A DNA stretch of 64,000 bases from a virus, in IMG/VR virus record IMGVR_UViG_3300016476_001169, positions 32,001 through 96,000 of that record. The stretch is one strand, 5' to 3'. A program made the translations under genes and the position numbers. A model generated the notes under the pieces. The model was not told the origin of the DNA. It searched no databases and saw nothing but the letters and a program-made list of their open reading frames with translations. Positions 42,576 to 52,068 of the stretch are shown one piece after another; positions within the stretch are counted from its first letter, which is position 1; the number at the start of each line of letters is the position of its first letter.

Positions 42576-43322
42576 ATGAAAAAATTGATTTATTTTACAT
42601 TTGGCAACAATCCTAAGTTCTTAAGATTATTAGACCTCTGTGTAAAGAGTTTAAACAAGACAAATTATAATGGTGATTTATTAATCATCACTGACCAGGC
42701 TGATGCTGTTAAAAAAGAAATTAAATTTCAGCATAATGTGCACTACTTAGAAGTGCCGCCAGCAGACTTAGAGCAATCTAGTGCAAATAAGTTTAAAATT
42801 TATCAATTTGAATATATTAATGATTATGATAAAATAATTTATTGTGATTTAGACTTCTTGTGGTGTACATCACCAGACATTTTATTTGATCTTATAACAG
42901 AAGATAAAATTTACATTGCACAAGAACCTGGATTGCTTTCATTAGGATACTATAATGCCGGGCTTACACAAGAAGAAGTAGATTTTGTAGCAGAAAATCA
43001 AGTGCTGGGATTTAGTGCTGGATTCTTTGGATTTAAATCTTCTATGATTTATGTATTCCAAGAACTCGATGAACTGTTTAAGAAAAACACAGTTAAAGCA
43101 CACTGCTTAGAACAACCTACTTTTGTAACTTATCTATTTAGAAAAAATTTATTTGATGCAGCTTTCAATAACTTGGTAATACATACAGGCTATTACTATG
43201 TAAGAAACAAAGTAAGACCACAGAATGCAGTAGCTTTACATTTCTCTGGCAAGGTTGGAGACTTCTATCATAAACACACACTAATGTTTGAATACTACTT
43301 AAAGGCTATACTAGCACCATGA
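42576..43322 (+). CDS. GT8-like glycosyltransferase
   Basis: IIYCDLD (DxD), FSAGFF, LEQP, LHFSG. Confidence 0.7.
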   Translation: MKKLIYFTFGNNPKFLRLLDLCVKSLNKTNYNGDLLIITDQADAVKKEIKFQHNVHYLEVPPADLEQSSANKFKIYQFEYINDYDKIIYCDLDFLWCTSPDILFDLITEDKIYIAQEPGLLSLGYYNAGLTQEEVDFVAENQVLGFSAGFFGFKSSMIYVFQELDELFKKNTVKAHCLEQPTFVTYLFRKNLFDAAFNNLVIHTGYYYVRNKVRPQNAVALHFSGKVGDFYHKHTLMFEYYLKAILAP

Positions 43323-43855
43323 TAAGATACCAAAATAGAAATTTACTTATAGATAGCTTCCAAAAGAACTTAATTGTAGCTGAAATTGGTGTTTTTAAGG
43401 GCGATTTTTCAAAAATGATGCTCGATCTAATGCAACCAAAAGAACTACACCTTATTGACATCTTTGAAGGCATGATGTGCTCAGGAGATAAAGACGGAAA
43501 TAATATTGTTTGGACAAATCTTAATCATGAATTAGAAATCTTGAAAAAGCATTTTTCAGAAAATGAAAACGTGTTTATTCACAAAGGGAAAAGTGAAAAG
43601 ATAATGTCTGAATTTTCTGATGATTATTTTGATGTTGTTTACATTGATGGTGATCATTCTTATGAGGGTGTCAAAAGAGATCTAGAAGTAGCTTACAAAA
43701 AAGTTAAAACTGGCGGCTTTATTTGCGGCCATGATTATGGCCTCAAATTTATTAGTGTAATGAATGCTGTAAATGAATTTTGTGCTGCAAAAAAATTAAA
43801 AATTGATTTTCTGACAAATGATGGTTGTCCATCTTTTGGTATTAAAAAAATTTAA
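43319..43855 (+). CDS. class I SAM-dependent methyltransferase (Methyltransf_24-like)
   Basis: EIGVFKG, YIDGDHSYE, GGFICGHDY. Confidence 0.85.
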   Translation: MIRYQNRNLLIDSFQKNLIVAEIGVFKGDFSKMMLDLMQPKELHLIDIFEGMMCSGDKDGNNIVWTNLNHELEILKKHFSENENVFIHKGKSEKIMSEFSDDYFDVVYIDGDHSYEGVKRDLEVAYKKVKTGGFICGHDYGLKFISVMNAVNEFCAAKKLKIDFLTNDGCPSFGIKKI

Positions 43856-43932
43856 AAAATTGTTACTGATGCTAATTCCTAATTTCGGGGCGCCAAGCCA
43901 TTTTTGTTTTTTGTTTCGCCCGAAGTTAGGAA

Positions 43933-44385
43933 TTACACATCGTGGAATGCACCATTAGAAACGTTAAAACAAAAGAGGCCCCTATTTATAAACATTTCAA
44001 CGCAATCTAAACGATCCTCTACAACAAAACTAATCTTATAACCACCGCGCTCAATGCTATCACACATAGCACTCTTGTAATCGGGCGATTTTCTAAAATC
44101 ACGATCACTACGCATAATCAACTGATTATAACTAATCTTATGATGTTCTAACCAACGCTCAGTAAGTTCACGGTTCCTCTCAGGACGACCCGTAAGAATG
44201 TAAATTAAATTATTCTTGCTGAATAGCTTCAACATCTGGGCAACTGGCAAAATAACCTGATCATCCATGCACCCATTATAAAAAGCCTCCCAATTCTTGG
44301 GCTTGTTCTGAACATGGTGCAAACGATGATCACAATTTGCCAAAGTGCCATCAATGTCAAAAATACAAACACTATTTAAACTCAT
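43933..44385 (-). CDS. HAD phosphatase, T4 PNK 3'-phosphatase-like
   Basis: FDIDGTLA, LTGRPE, MR...D.RK...K, VEDR; start at MSLNSV. Confidence 0.85.
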   Translation of the reverse strand: MSLNSVCIFDIDGTLANCDHRLHHVQNKPKNWEAFYNGCMDDQVILPVAQMLKLFSKNNLIYILTGRPERNRELTERWLEHHKISYNQLIMRSDRDFRKSPDYKSAMCDSIERGGYKISFVVEDRLDCVEMFINRGLFCFNVSNGAFHDV

Positions 44386-44439
44386 AGTAATATTATCACC
44401 CAAAAAGGTCGCAAACAACATTTATAATAAAACATAACT

Positions 44440-45756
44440 ATGTTTAAAACTTATAACTATCAAAATAGCCTTGTTAAACTTGCAGCTGTGGAAGACAAAA
44501 CAGCAATGGATTTAACACCTGAAATGATACAGGCAGTTAAAGAAGATTCTTCCATAACACACCCACTTGTAGAAGAAGCTAAAAAAGACTATATTGGTAA
44601 AGTTAAAGGCCTCGTACCCTCGCAAGATAAAGAAGCTATAGACCAAATCTGGAATGATTATTTAAGAACACTTAAATCACTCCCAAGAACTATCAACGAA
44701 GAATTCCCAGATTATCAAACATGGTTGCAAAATAATGAGGCCAACATAGTTAATTGGTACAATGAACACTTTATAACACCAAAAAATCAAAATCCGTTTC
44801 AAAAATCATTAGAAGAATCTGGATTAGATGTTAAAACCTATGTAGAAGAACACATCGCACCTGGAATCTACCAAAGAGAATTAACATTAGATAAATTCCA
44901 AAAATTCGGAATTAATCCACAAGTAGAAACAAATAATCCACTTATCAAATTCAATGCACTCATGGATAACTACTCAAGAGGAGTAGCTGAACACTTTACA
45001 CAACAATTAGATGAAATTGAACCAAGTAGTGGTAAAACTATTACATTTGTAACAGGGCATCCTGGTGCTGGTAAATCAACTATCCTAGAATTAGACAATT
45101 CTGATAAAGATGATCCGTTAAGAAAAACAAAATTTGGGACCCTTATTGATCCTGATGAATTTCAACCTTATTTGCCAGGCTTCAGTGGTGGAGCTAGATC
45201 AGGTGATGTTCTTATCTATGCAAAACAATTAATAGCAAAGAAATTACAAAATGAAGCTATGAATAGAGGACTAGACATAGCAATCCCATTAGTAGGTGGA
45301 CAAGCAAACATTCTTGCTAAAGACATAGCTGATGCACTATTGCAAGGCTATAATGTAAATGTAATACATAAAGAATTATCACAAGATGAAAGCCAACAAA
45401 GATCTACAAGTAGAGCAGAAGCTGGTGGTAGATTAATTGCACCTAATACAGGAACAACAAACCCGGCTGCAGCATACCAAGATTTACAAGAAGGCCCCGA
45501 AATTAAAAATAAAATCACCAGTATTCTTAAAGATAGAATTAAAGAAGAAAAGAAACTAGGTGAAATAAAAACAAGACTATTAACAGATGAAGAAATAGAG
45601 GCCCTGCTCAACAGAGTACATTTCTTTAATAGTGACCAAATTGTTACCTCGTCGGTAACTTTCGCGCGAAAAGCAATCAGAGTAGCAAAAACCCTCGAAT
45701 CCATAAGAGAATTCAAAGCAGTAGATACCATAATTAATTTACTAATAAAATTATAG
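44440..45756 (+). CDS. zeta-toxin-like P-loop kinase domain protein
   Basis: FVTGHPGAGKST, LIDPDEFQPYLP, GYNVNV, R...RAEAGGRLI. Confidence 0.7.
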   Translation: MFKTYNYQNSLVKLAAVEDKTAMDLTPEMIQAVKEDSSITHPLVEEAKKDYIGKVKGLVPSQDKEAIDQIWNDYLRTLKSLPRTINEEFPDYQTWLQNNEANIVNWYNEHFITPKNQNPFQKSLEESGLDVKTYVEEHIAPGIYQRELTLDKFQKFGINPQVETNNPLIKFNALMDNYSRGVAEHFTQQLDEIEPSSGKTITFVTGHPGAGKSTILELDNSDKDDPLRKTKFGTLIDPDEFQPYLPGFSGGARSGDVLIYAKQLIAKKLQNEAMNRGLDIAIPLVGGQANILAKDIADALLQGYNVNVIHKELSQDESQQRSTSRAEAGGRLIAPNTGTTNPAAAYQDLQEGPEIKNKITSILKDRIKEEKKLGEIKTRLLTDEEIEALLNRVHFFNSDQIVTSSVTFARKAIRVAKTLESIREFKAVDTIINLLIKL

Positions 45757-45868
45757 AAAACTAAAGACATAGGAAATTAAACACTTTTTTTATAATCTAA
45801 TCTATAATGTTGTGTGCTAAGCACACATTTATAAAAATAATCTGTGCAAAGCACATTGAGGAATTAAA

Positions 45869-46375
45869 ATGAGACAAGTATTAGCAGAATTACATTCCTT
45901 GATCAGCGAACTCGAAGATCAAGGTTTAGTAGCAGAAGCATCAACATTACAAGATGTTTTTGTAAAGATCGCAGCAGAAGATGATGATTCAGCTTTCCAA
46001 GCTGATTTCGACGCAATGATGGACAAGTATGGCGCAGCCAAGATCCTCTCAGCACTCGCAGACGCTATGGGTGATGATGACATGGGTGGCGATGATGAAG
46101 ACGAAACAGCAGCTTTCGCATTCGGCGATAAGCCAGGTGTTGATGGCCCATCAAGAAATGAAATCGTTGGCAAATACTCAGCTATGTACATGAGAAGCAA
46201 TGGCACAATGAATCCTAATGAATTGGCAGCACAAGCTTCTGAAGCTACTGGAACCGAAGTAAGACCTGAAGAAATTACTAGAGGCCCAGGCTACAATGCT
46301 CAAGCAGATATGGCAAAAGAGCTCGGTAAAGACTTTAGCAAAATGCCATACGGCAGAATGTCCCCAACTGAATAA
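45869..46375 (+). CDS. acidic protein with shared helical leader
   Basis: MRQVLAEL...LEDQGLVAEA...FVKIAA; GAGGA SD. Confidence 0.65.
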   Translation: MRQVLAELHSLISELEDQGLVAEASTLQDVFVKIAAEDDDSAFQADFDAMMDKYGAAKILSALADAMGDDDMGGDDEDETAAFAFGDKPGVDGPSRNEIVGKYSAMYMRSNGTMNPNELAAQASEATGTEVRPEEITRGPGYNAQADMAKELGKDFSKMPYGRMSPTE

Positions 46376-46394
46376 TTTTTAATTTTAATTAATT

Positions 46395-46426
46395 TAAATC
46401 CCCTCATTGAGGGGATTTATTTTTTT
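46395..46426 (+). terminator. intrinsic terminator
   Basis: TAAATCCCCTC-ATT-GAGGGGATTTA followed by a T run. Confidence 0.85.
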
Positions 46427-46485
46427 ATAGGTTACTAAAGAATCTTTTTATAAATAAAAAGTAATAAACCAATTAGGGATTTACT

Positions 46486-47214
46486 ATGAAAAACATTTTG
46501 GCTCAACTGAATAATGTAGCAACATCATTAGAAGATAAAAATAAAATAGCAGAAGCTAATGCTGTTAATGAAATATTTCTTAAATTAGCTAAAAAGAAAA
46601 AGAAAACAAAAAAGAATGTTCCAACAAACCCAGAACTTTGGGCACAATGCAAAGCTTGGGCAAAGAGAACATTTGATGTATACCCATCAGCTTACGCCAA
46701 TGGCGCAGCCGCTAAAAGATATAAATCAAAAGGCGGAGACTGGAAAACAGCATCCAATGACAGTAGCTTTACTAAACTTGCAAAGAAAACACCTGAACAA
46801 CTTCTCGCAGAGATTTATGAAACAGCCGAAAAAGTCAACAAATTAGACGATTCTAAGGGTGATGATAAGCTCGAGGCTCTTATTGAAGAAATGATGGGCC
46901 ACAATAAAGATTTACCAACAATGGAACTTAATCCAGTAAACCATGAAGACATGGCCATTGAAGCAGAATCAAATCTTGAAGATGCTATCAATAACTTTGA
47001 TTCAAACCTCTATAAAGTAGATCCACATGGCGACTGGGTAGGCAGCGAATGGATGAAAATCGATGAGTACATTGAAATGCTCATTGATAAATATGGCGAT
47101 AACATTTTGGATGCACCAGCTGCAATAGATGCTAATCACATAGCATTTGATTCACCAGAAGGATTCCAAGTGATTAACATGGTTCACAAATCAAACTGGA
47201 ATCATGGAAAATAA
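46486..47214 (+). CDS. protein with shared helical leader and PTNPELW..YPSAYA basic module
   Basis: MKNILAQL...LEDKNKIAEANAVNEIFLKLA; PTNPELWAQCKAWAKRTFDVYPSAYANG..YKSKGGDW module recurrent in phage proteins. Confidence 0.65.
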   Translation: MKNILAQLNNVATSLEDKNKIAEANAVNEIFLKLAKKKKKTKKNVPTNPELWAQCKAWAKRTFDVYPSAYANGAAAKRYKSKGGDWKTASNDSSFTKLAKKTPEQLLAEIYETAEKVNKLDDSKGDDKLEALIEEMMGHNKDLPTMELNPVNHEDMAIEAESNLEDAINNFDSNLYKVDPHGDWVGSEWMKIDEYIEMLIDKYGDNILDAPAAIDANHIAFDSPEGFQVINMVHKSNWNHGK

Positions 47215-47228
47215 AATTTAAATAATTA

Positions 47229-47258
47229 AAAAGGGGGCTGATTCAGCCCCCTTTTTTT
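47229..47258. terminator. bidirectional intrinsic terminator
   Basis: AAAAGGGGGCTG-ATT-CAGCCCCCTTTTTTT. Confidence 0.9.
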
Positions 47259-47757
47259 ACCACCATAATTCAAACCATAATTTAGAAAGATAGTCTACTG
47301 CTTGCCTGACATCTTTAGCCAAACGCTCTCTTTCTTTAAAGTCCACTGAATTATAATACTTATTAGTAGAATAATAATTTTCAAATGCAGAAATAATGAA
47401 TCTTAATTTCTCATCATAAGATTCTGCTGTTTCACCATTGGCAATGCCATTATTAACCTGTAAGAATCTTCTTAATCTAGGAATTAAAAAGAGGGCCATT
47501 GTACGATCTAAATGCCAAGTTTCAGTATCATCAAAGCCAAATTTTTCTCTTTGCTTACGATACATCTTTTTAGTTTTATTATTCTTTTTGTAAACTTCAT
47601 TCGCTACACTAAAACATGTATTTGATTTGGGATCTACTTTAGTTCTTTTTTTATTAACAGTTTGCGTTCCACAAACTGCATTCAAGAAATCATCTACAGA
47701 CCCTACCTGAAATCCCTTAGCTTCTAATCTTTTTTTCTTTTCTTCAGTCATTGTCAT
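47257..47757 (-). CDS. hypothetical phage protein
   Basis: GFDDTETWHLD...IPRLRRF...LWW pattern familiar from phage hypotheticals. Confidence 0.6.
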   Translation of the reverse strand: MTMTEEKKKRLEAKGFQVGSVDDFLNAVCGTQTVNKKRTKVDPKSNTCFSVANEVYKKNNKTKKMYRKQREKFGFDDTETWHLDRTMALFLIPRLRRFLQVNNGIANGETAESYDEKLRFIISAFENYYSTNKYYNSVDFKERERLAKDVRQAVDYLSKLWFELWW

Positions 47758-48268
47758 TTACTTCTTTTTCTATCAATTTAAGGAATGCTTCATCTTTCTC
47801 AATGTCAATAATAATTTGATCAAGTCTATATTGCATTAAATGATCTTTTCTTTTTTGAATTTCTTCTGACGTTGGATGTTTTGGCCTTAAGTTATTGCTA
47901 TACACTTCATCTCTTGCTTTGCGCCATTCAGGCACATCACATTCACAATCACTAACACAAATAGCACAATTACAAGATGGGCAAACAGCTTCATTGCATT
48001 TACATTGCCAACAGAATTGCCACTTAAGATTATTTACTAATTCAGCAAGCCTAGTTTCTTCATCCCATTCATGAATTTCCCAATCATCAGCAGCTAAATC
48101 TGCTAATCCAAAAGGTGCATCTTGAGATTCATAAAAATTGCCACTAACAAACATATCAATAAACATATATTTGTCAAAATCGTAATAAGTGTAAGTGCCC
48201 TCATCCCAAGCATTGCGGCGAATAGGCAAGCCGTTTTTTAAGGCGTCAATTACTTCACCAAATTTCAT
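47744..48268 (-). CDS. DUF2829/Tad2-like domain fused to a Cys-rich domain
   Basis: MKFGEVIDALKNGLPIRRNAW...DLAADDWEI, then a CxxC/CxxC cluster. Confidence 0.6.
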   Translation of the reverse strand: MKFGEVIDALKNGLPIRRNAWDEGTYTYYDFDKYMFIDMFVSGNFYESQDAPFGLADLAADDWEIHEWDEETRLAELVNNLKWQFCWQCKCNEAVCPSCNCAICVSDCECDVPEWRKARDEVYSNNLRPKHPTSEEIQKRKDHLMQYRLDQIIIDIEKDEAFLKLIEKEVNDND

Positions 48269-48597
48269 TCCACTATCTCCCAATCAACCTCAAGAAGCTC
48301 TGCAGCCTCCAATGACCTACCTTGAGAAGATTCTGCTTTAACAAAAAAGCCGCCATTCTCATAAACACAATAGGTAAAATTATTCCAAATTTTTCTTTTC
48401 AGCTTTTTACCATCTAATAAAAATTGAATTATCTGACCTGGCAAAAGATGACCCACATGAGGGTCCTTGATAATTAAACTATCCTGATAAATACGATTTA
48501 TGTCAATCAATTTATCTTTGTAAATTTTATTATAATCTATAAAATTATCTTGATAAATATTAATGAAATCAACAGGCTGTGATGTGCTGGTATACAT
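48265..48597 (-). CDS. DUF2829/Tad2-like protein
   Basis: LLDGKKLKRKIW...ELLEVDWEIVE. Confidence 0.5.
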   Translation of the reverse strand: MYTSTSQPVDFINIYQDNFIDYNKIYKDKLIDINRIYQDSLIIKDPHVGHLLPGQIIQFLLDGKKLKRKIWNNFTYCVYENGGFFVKAESSQGRSLEAAELLEVDWEIVE

Positions 48598-48646
48598 AAA
48601 TTTAAAATCCTTAATCTATTATGGGCCCCCTAATTAAAATTAAATA

Positions 48647-49030
48647 CTAATAAGTAGCTAAAATCTCATCAGGATACTCATAACTAATTCTAACAGAGGC
48701 CTCACCAGGACAATACAACACCCTGGCCTTTACACTCTCTACATAACGATTTGTATCATCAGGCAAAATGCCACAACTTACTAACAAATCCATGATAGGC
48801 TTTAAACAATTGTCAGGGTCATGCTTGGCAGTCCATTGATAATTTGCAAGAATCAAAATGTCCACCTTTACAGGGAAGGTTGTAGCAGGAGACAAATCTT
48901 CCTTAACCTTAATGGAATTTAATTCTATCCATTTCCTGTATTTTGCACTCTTTACAAGCTTTCCACGAGCTATTGGGACGTACATCCTGTTAGCACTAAA
49001 AGGAGGCCCCAAAATTACACTATTACCCAT
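48647..49030 (-). CDS. rusA: RusA-like Holliday junction resolvase (second copy)
   Basis: PPFSANRMY, DPDNCLKPIMDLLV..GILPDD. Confidence 0.85.
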   Translation of the reverse strand: MGNSVILGPPFSANRMYVPIARGKLVKSAKYRKWIELNSIKVKEDLSPATTFPVKVDILILANYQWTAKHDPDNCLKPIMDLLVSCGILPDDTNRYVESVKARVLYCPGEASVRISYEYPDEILATY

Positions 49031-49196
49031 GATATAAAATCCTTTAAAATAATATTATCGCACAAAAATCGCCCAACCACCACCGGAGGTAACAATTAAA
49101 GGCAGAATGCAATAACAACACTATAATTAAAAAGGGGCAAACTAATTTAAACAATAAACTTATTATCAAAGGGTTAAATAAAAAAGGAAAAATTTT

Positions 49197-50573
49197 ATGG
49201 CAGATAATGTAGCAATTACAGCAGGTAGTGGAACTAACATAGCCACTGACGACGTAGCAGGAACACACTACCAAAGAGTAAAACTAGTAGACGGTACATT
49301 AGACTCTACAACAGCTATAGCATCCGGTGGAGGAGTAGAAGCAGGAGCACTAAGAGTTACAATAGCTTCAGACTCAACAGGAGTATTGTCAGTAGATGAC
49401 AATGGTGGAACACTAACTGTTGACGGAACAGTCACAGCAAATGCAGGCACTGGCTTTGTATCAGTACAGACAGAAGATGCAGCATCCTCTGGTGGTGAAA
49501 CAGGAACAATGATTCTTGGAGTTAGAAACGATGCAGCAGCTTCTAAAACATCAGCTGATGGAGACTTTTCTGCTATAGCCACCGACTCAGCAGGCAGAGT
49601 AGGGATTGCAGACCTTGGAGGATCAATAACAGTTGATGGAACTGTTGCTGCAACTCAATCTGGAACATGGTCCATTAGAAATCAAGATGGATCTGGAAAT
49701 AATTTAACATCAGCATTGAGAGGTTCTGAAAGAGCACTATCTGTTCAATTGGTAGATGCATCTGGTAACCAAGTTACTTCTTTTGGCGGAGGAACACAAT
49801 ACACAGAAGACGCAGCATCTGCTGGCGGTGAAACAGGAACAGTTTTTCTTGGTGTAAGAAATGATGCAGCAACATCAAAGACATCAGCTGATGGAGATTT
49901 TTCAGCAATAGCAACAGATGCCGCAGGAAGAGTTGGCATAGCTGACCTTGGAGGAGCCATTAGTGTAGATGACAATGGATCTTCTTTAACAGTGGATGGA
50001 TTCTCAACAACTGGAGCGGCTGCTTTTGTTAAAATTACAGACGGCACCAATACAGCAACAGTTAATGCTAACGGCGGACTAGAAGTTACTGGTGGAGTAG
50101 CTCATGGAGCAACAGATGCAGGTAACCCATTAAAATTAGGGGCTAAAGCAGAAGCTTCAGTTACAGGATCCACAAACGTATCTGATGGACAAAGAACAGA
50201 TCTTTATGCAGATCTTGATGGCGTTTTATTAACTAAACCGTTTATACCTTATGGAGATATTAAAGTAGAAAGAGTAACAGACACAGGTGGTACTGCAACA
50301 GCATTTACAACCTTTGGGGCTACAGCATCTCAAAGAAACTACATAACAACTATCACAGTTTATAACTCATCAACAACACAAGGTTTTATAGACCTAAGAG
50401 ACGGTACAGCTGGATCAGTACTATACACTATACCACTACCAGCACTTGGTGGTGCTACTATCAATTTCCCTGTACCACTTAGACAGCCAACAGTGAATAC
50501 AGCATTAGCTTATGACGTTAGTGCAGCAATTACAACTGCATACATTTCAGTAGTCGGATTTAAAGCTTACTAA
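49197..50573 (+). CDS. putative tail/virion protein with internal duplication
   Basis: MADNVAIT..HYQRVKL start; two copies of TEDAAS.GGETGT..LGVRNDAA.SKTSADGDFSAIATD. Confidence 0.65.
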   Translation: MADNVAITAGSGTNIATDDVAGTHYQRVKLVDGTLDSTTAIASGGGVEAGALRVTIASDSTGVLSVDDNGGTLTVDGTVTANAGTGFVSVQTEDAASSGGETGTMILGVRNDAAASKTSADGDFSAIATDSAGRVGIADLGGSITVDGTVAATQSGTWSIRNQDGSGNNLTSALRGSERALSVQLVDASGNQVTSFGGGTQYTEDAASAGGETGTVFLGVRNDAATSKTSADGDFSAIATDAAGRVGIADLGGAISVDDNGSSLTVDGFSTTGAAAFVKITDGTNTATVNANGGLEVTGGVAHGATDAGNPLKLGAKAEASVTGSTNVSDGQRTDLYADLDGVLLTKPFIPYGDIKVERVTDTGGTATAFTTFGATASQRNYITTITVYNSSTTQGFIDLRDGTAGSVLYTIPLPALGGATINFPVPLRQPTVNTALAYDVSAAITTAYISVVGFKAY

Positions 50574-50586
50574 AGGAGAACTACAC

Positions 50587-51303
50587 ATGCCTGTTTATAC
50601 TTTTACAGCATCCACTGGTACAAGAACCCTAAGATCTACATGGGTTATTGCAGAACTATGGGGCGGAGGCGCGTCAGGTGGCGGAGCCACAGGTGGAACA
50701 GCAGGCACACCAACCTATGGAGGTGGAGGAGCAGGCGGCCAATATGTTAATACATACCTAGGAGGCTTTGGTGTTAATAACGTACTTACAATAGCTGTAG
50801 GACAAACCAGAACAGGAGCAGCAACAGCAGGAGCAGCTGGAAACGACTCAACTGTATCCAACCCATCATTAACAGTGGTCGCAAGAGCAAAAGGCGGAGC
50901 CAACGGCGGCGGACTTAACGTAGCCGACGGCGCAGGCGGCGGAGCCGGATCAACAGCCTCAGGACTAGGAGATATTATCTATGCCGGAGGCGACGGAGGT
51001 AATAGAGCTACAACATCCTCGGGAGGAGGCGGAGGAGCTGCTGGAACAACAGGCACAGGCGGCAACGCCTCCGGTGGTACAGCAGGCACAGGTACCGTAG
51101 AGAACCCCTCACCCTCAGGAGGTACCGGAGGAGCCGGTAGAACAACGGCAGGAGCAGGTAATACAGGCCTAGTGTACGGAGGAGGCGGCGCAGGAGCAAT
51201 AGATGACGCCGGAATCAACAGAGCAGGAGGCAGCGGAGCCGCAGGCTACGTTAGACTCTACGAATCACCACCAGTATTCTTACTCTGCCTAGGATGTGGC
51301 TAA
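50587..51303 (+). CDS. glycine-rich tail-fiber-associated protein
   Basis: ELWGGGASGG...GGGGAGG...GGSGAAGYVRL glycine-rich domain; AAGGAG SD. Confidence 0.75.
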   Translation: MPVYTFTASTGTRTLRSTWVIAELWGGGASGGGATGGTAGTPTYGGGGAGGQYVNTYLGGFGVNNVLTIAVGQTRTGAATAGAAGNDSTVSNPSLTVVARAKGGANGGGLNVADGAGGGAGSTASGLGDIIYAGGDGGNRATTSSGGGGGAAGTTGTGGNASGGTAGTGTVENPSPSGGTGGAGRTTAGAGNTGLVYGGGGAGAIDDAGINRAGGSGAAGYVRLYESPPVFLLCLGCG

Positions 51304-51542
51304 TGACACTTATTCTATTACTGAAATCATCACAAGAAGCACCAGTTATAACAGATACTAACTCCTTCTACTCAAATAAAGCAATCCTTAGAGACAACTT
51401 CACAGGAGTTAGCGTAGACACAAGCCTGGCAACAAGAACAACCAGAAAAGCTGACCTAAGAGACACATTCTCAGGAACACTTGACCAAACTATAACAAAA
51501 GTAGGCAGCGAAAGAGGATACGCAACAAGAAGAAGCCTATAA
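51303..51542 (+). CDS. hypothetical protein
   Basis: ATG overlapping upstream TAA; MTLILLLK start. Confidence 0.5.
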   Translation: MTLILLLKSSQEAPVITDTNSFYSNKAILRDNFTGVSVDTSLATRTTRKADLRDTFSGTLDQTITKVGSERGYATRRSL

Positions 51543-51697
51543 ACCAAAATTTTGAAACAACTTTTTCAAAATAATTAATTAAATGGGGCCCAAATTAAAT
51601 TTTATATATAAATATATTTTAGGATATAACCCAAAAACCAGAAATGGTACCTTAAATTTTACCCACCCCCCCTATTCCTAAATAAAAGGCGAGTAAC

Positions 51698-51931
51698 ATG
51701 GACGAAATCATACTTAAAGCATGCGATCTATTAGACGAATTAGGTAAAGAAAATTTATCAGACCAAATCTTTCATAGATTTGCTGAAAAATATAATGCTC
51801 CAAGAGGCAAAATGAAATCCAGATGGACAGTGAAACATAAACGCGGAATTGATTGTAATAACCCAAAAGGATTTAGCCAGAAACAATACTGCAAGAGAAA
51901 AAAGAGGGGCGGGCAATACAAGTCAGATTAA
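51698..51931 (+). CDS. small basic protein with shared leader and IDCNNPKGFSQ motif
   Basis: MDEIILKACDLLDELG...DQIFHRFA followed by WTVKHKRGIDCNNPKGFSQKQYC. Confidence 0.65.
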   Translation: MDEIILKACDLLDELGKENLSDQIFHRFAEKYNAPRGKMKSRWTVKHKRGIDCNNPKGFSQKQYCKRKKRGGQYKSD

Positions 51932-52012
51932 AAAATAAGGGCCCCTTCTTTTGTTAAGGTACTAATCCAAAGAATAGGGTACCTTAAATTTTACCCTCCC
52001 CCCCCCTGTTTT

Positions 52013-52068
52013 TGCGGTAAATTTTGCGGTAATTGCTGCGGTAAGTATTGCGGTAAATGTTGCGGTAA
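52013..52068 (+). repeat. five TGCGGTAA direct repeats at exact 12-bp period (iteron-like)
   Basis: copies start at 52013, 52025, 52037, 52049 and 52061. Confidence 0.9.
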
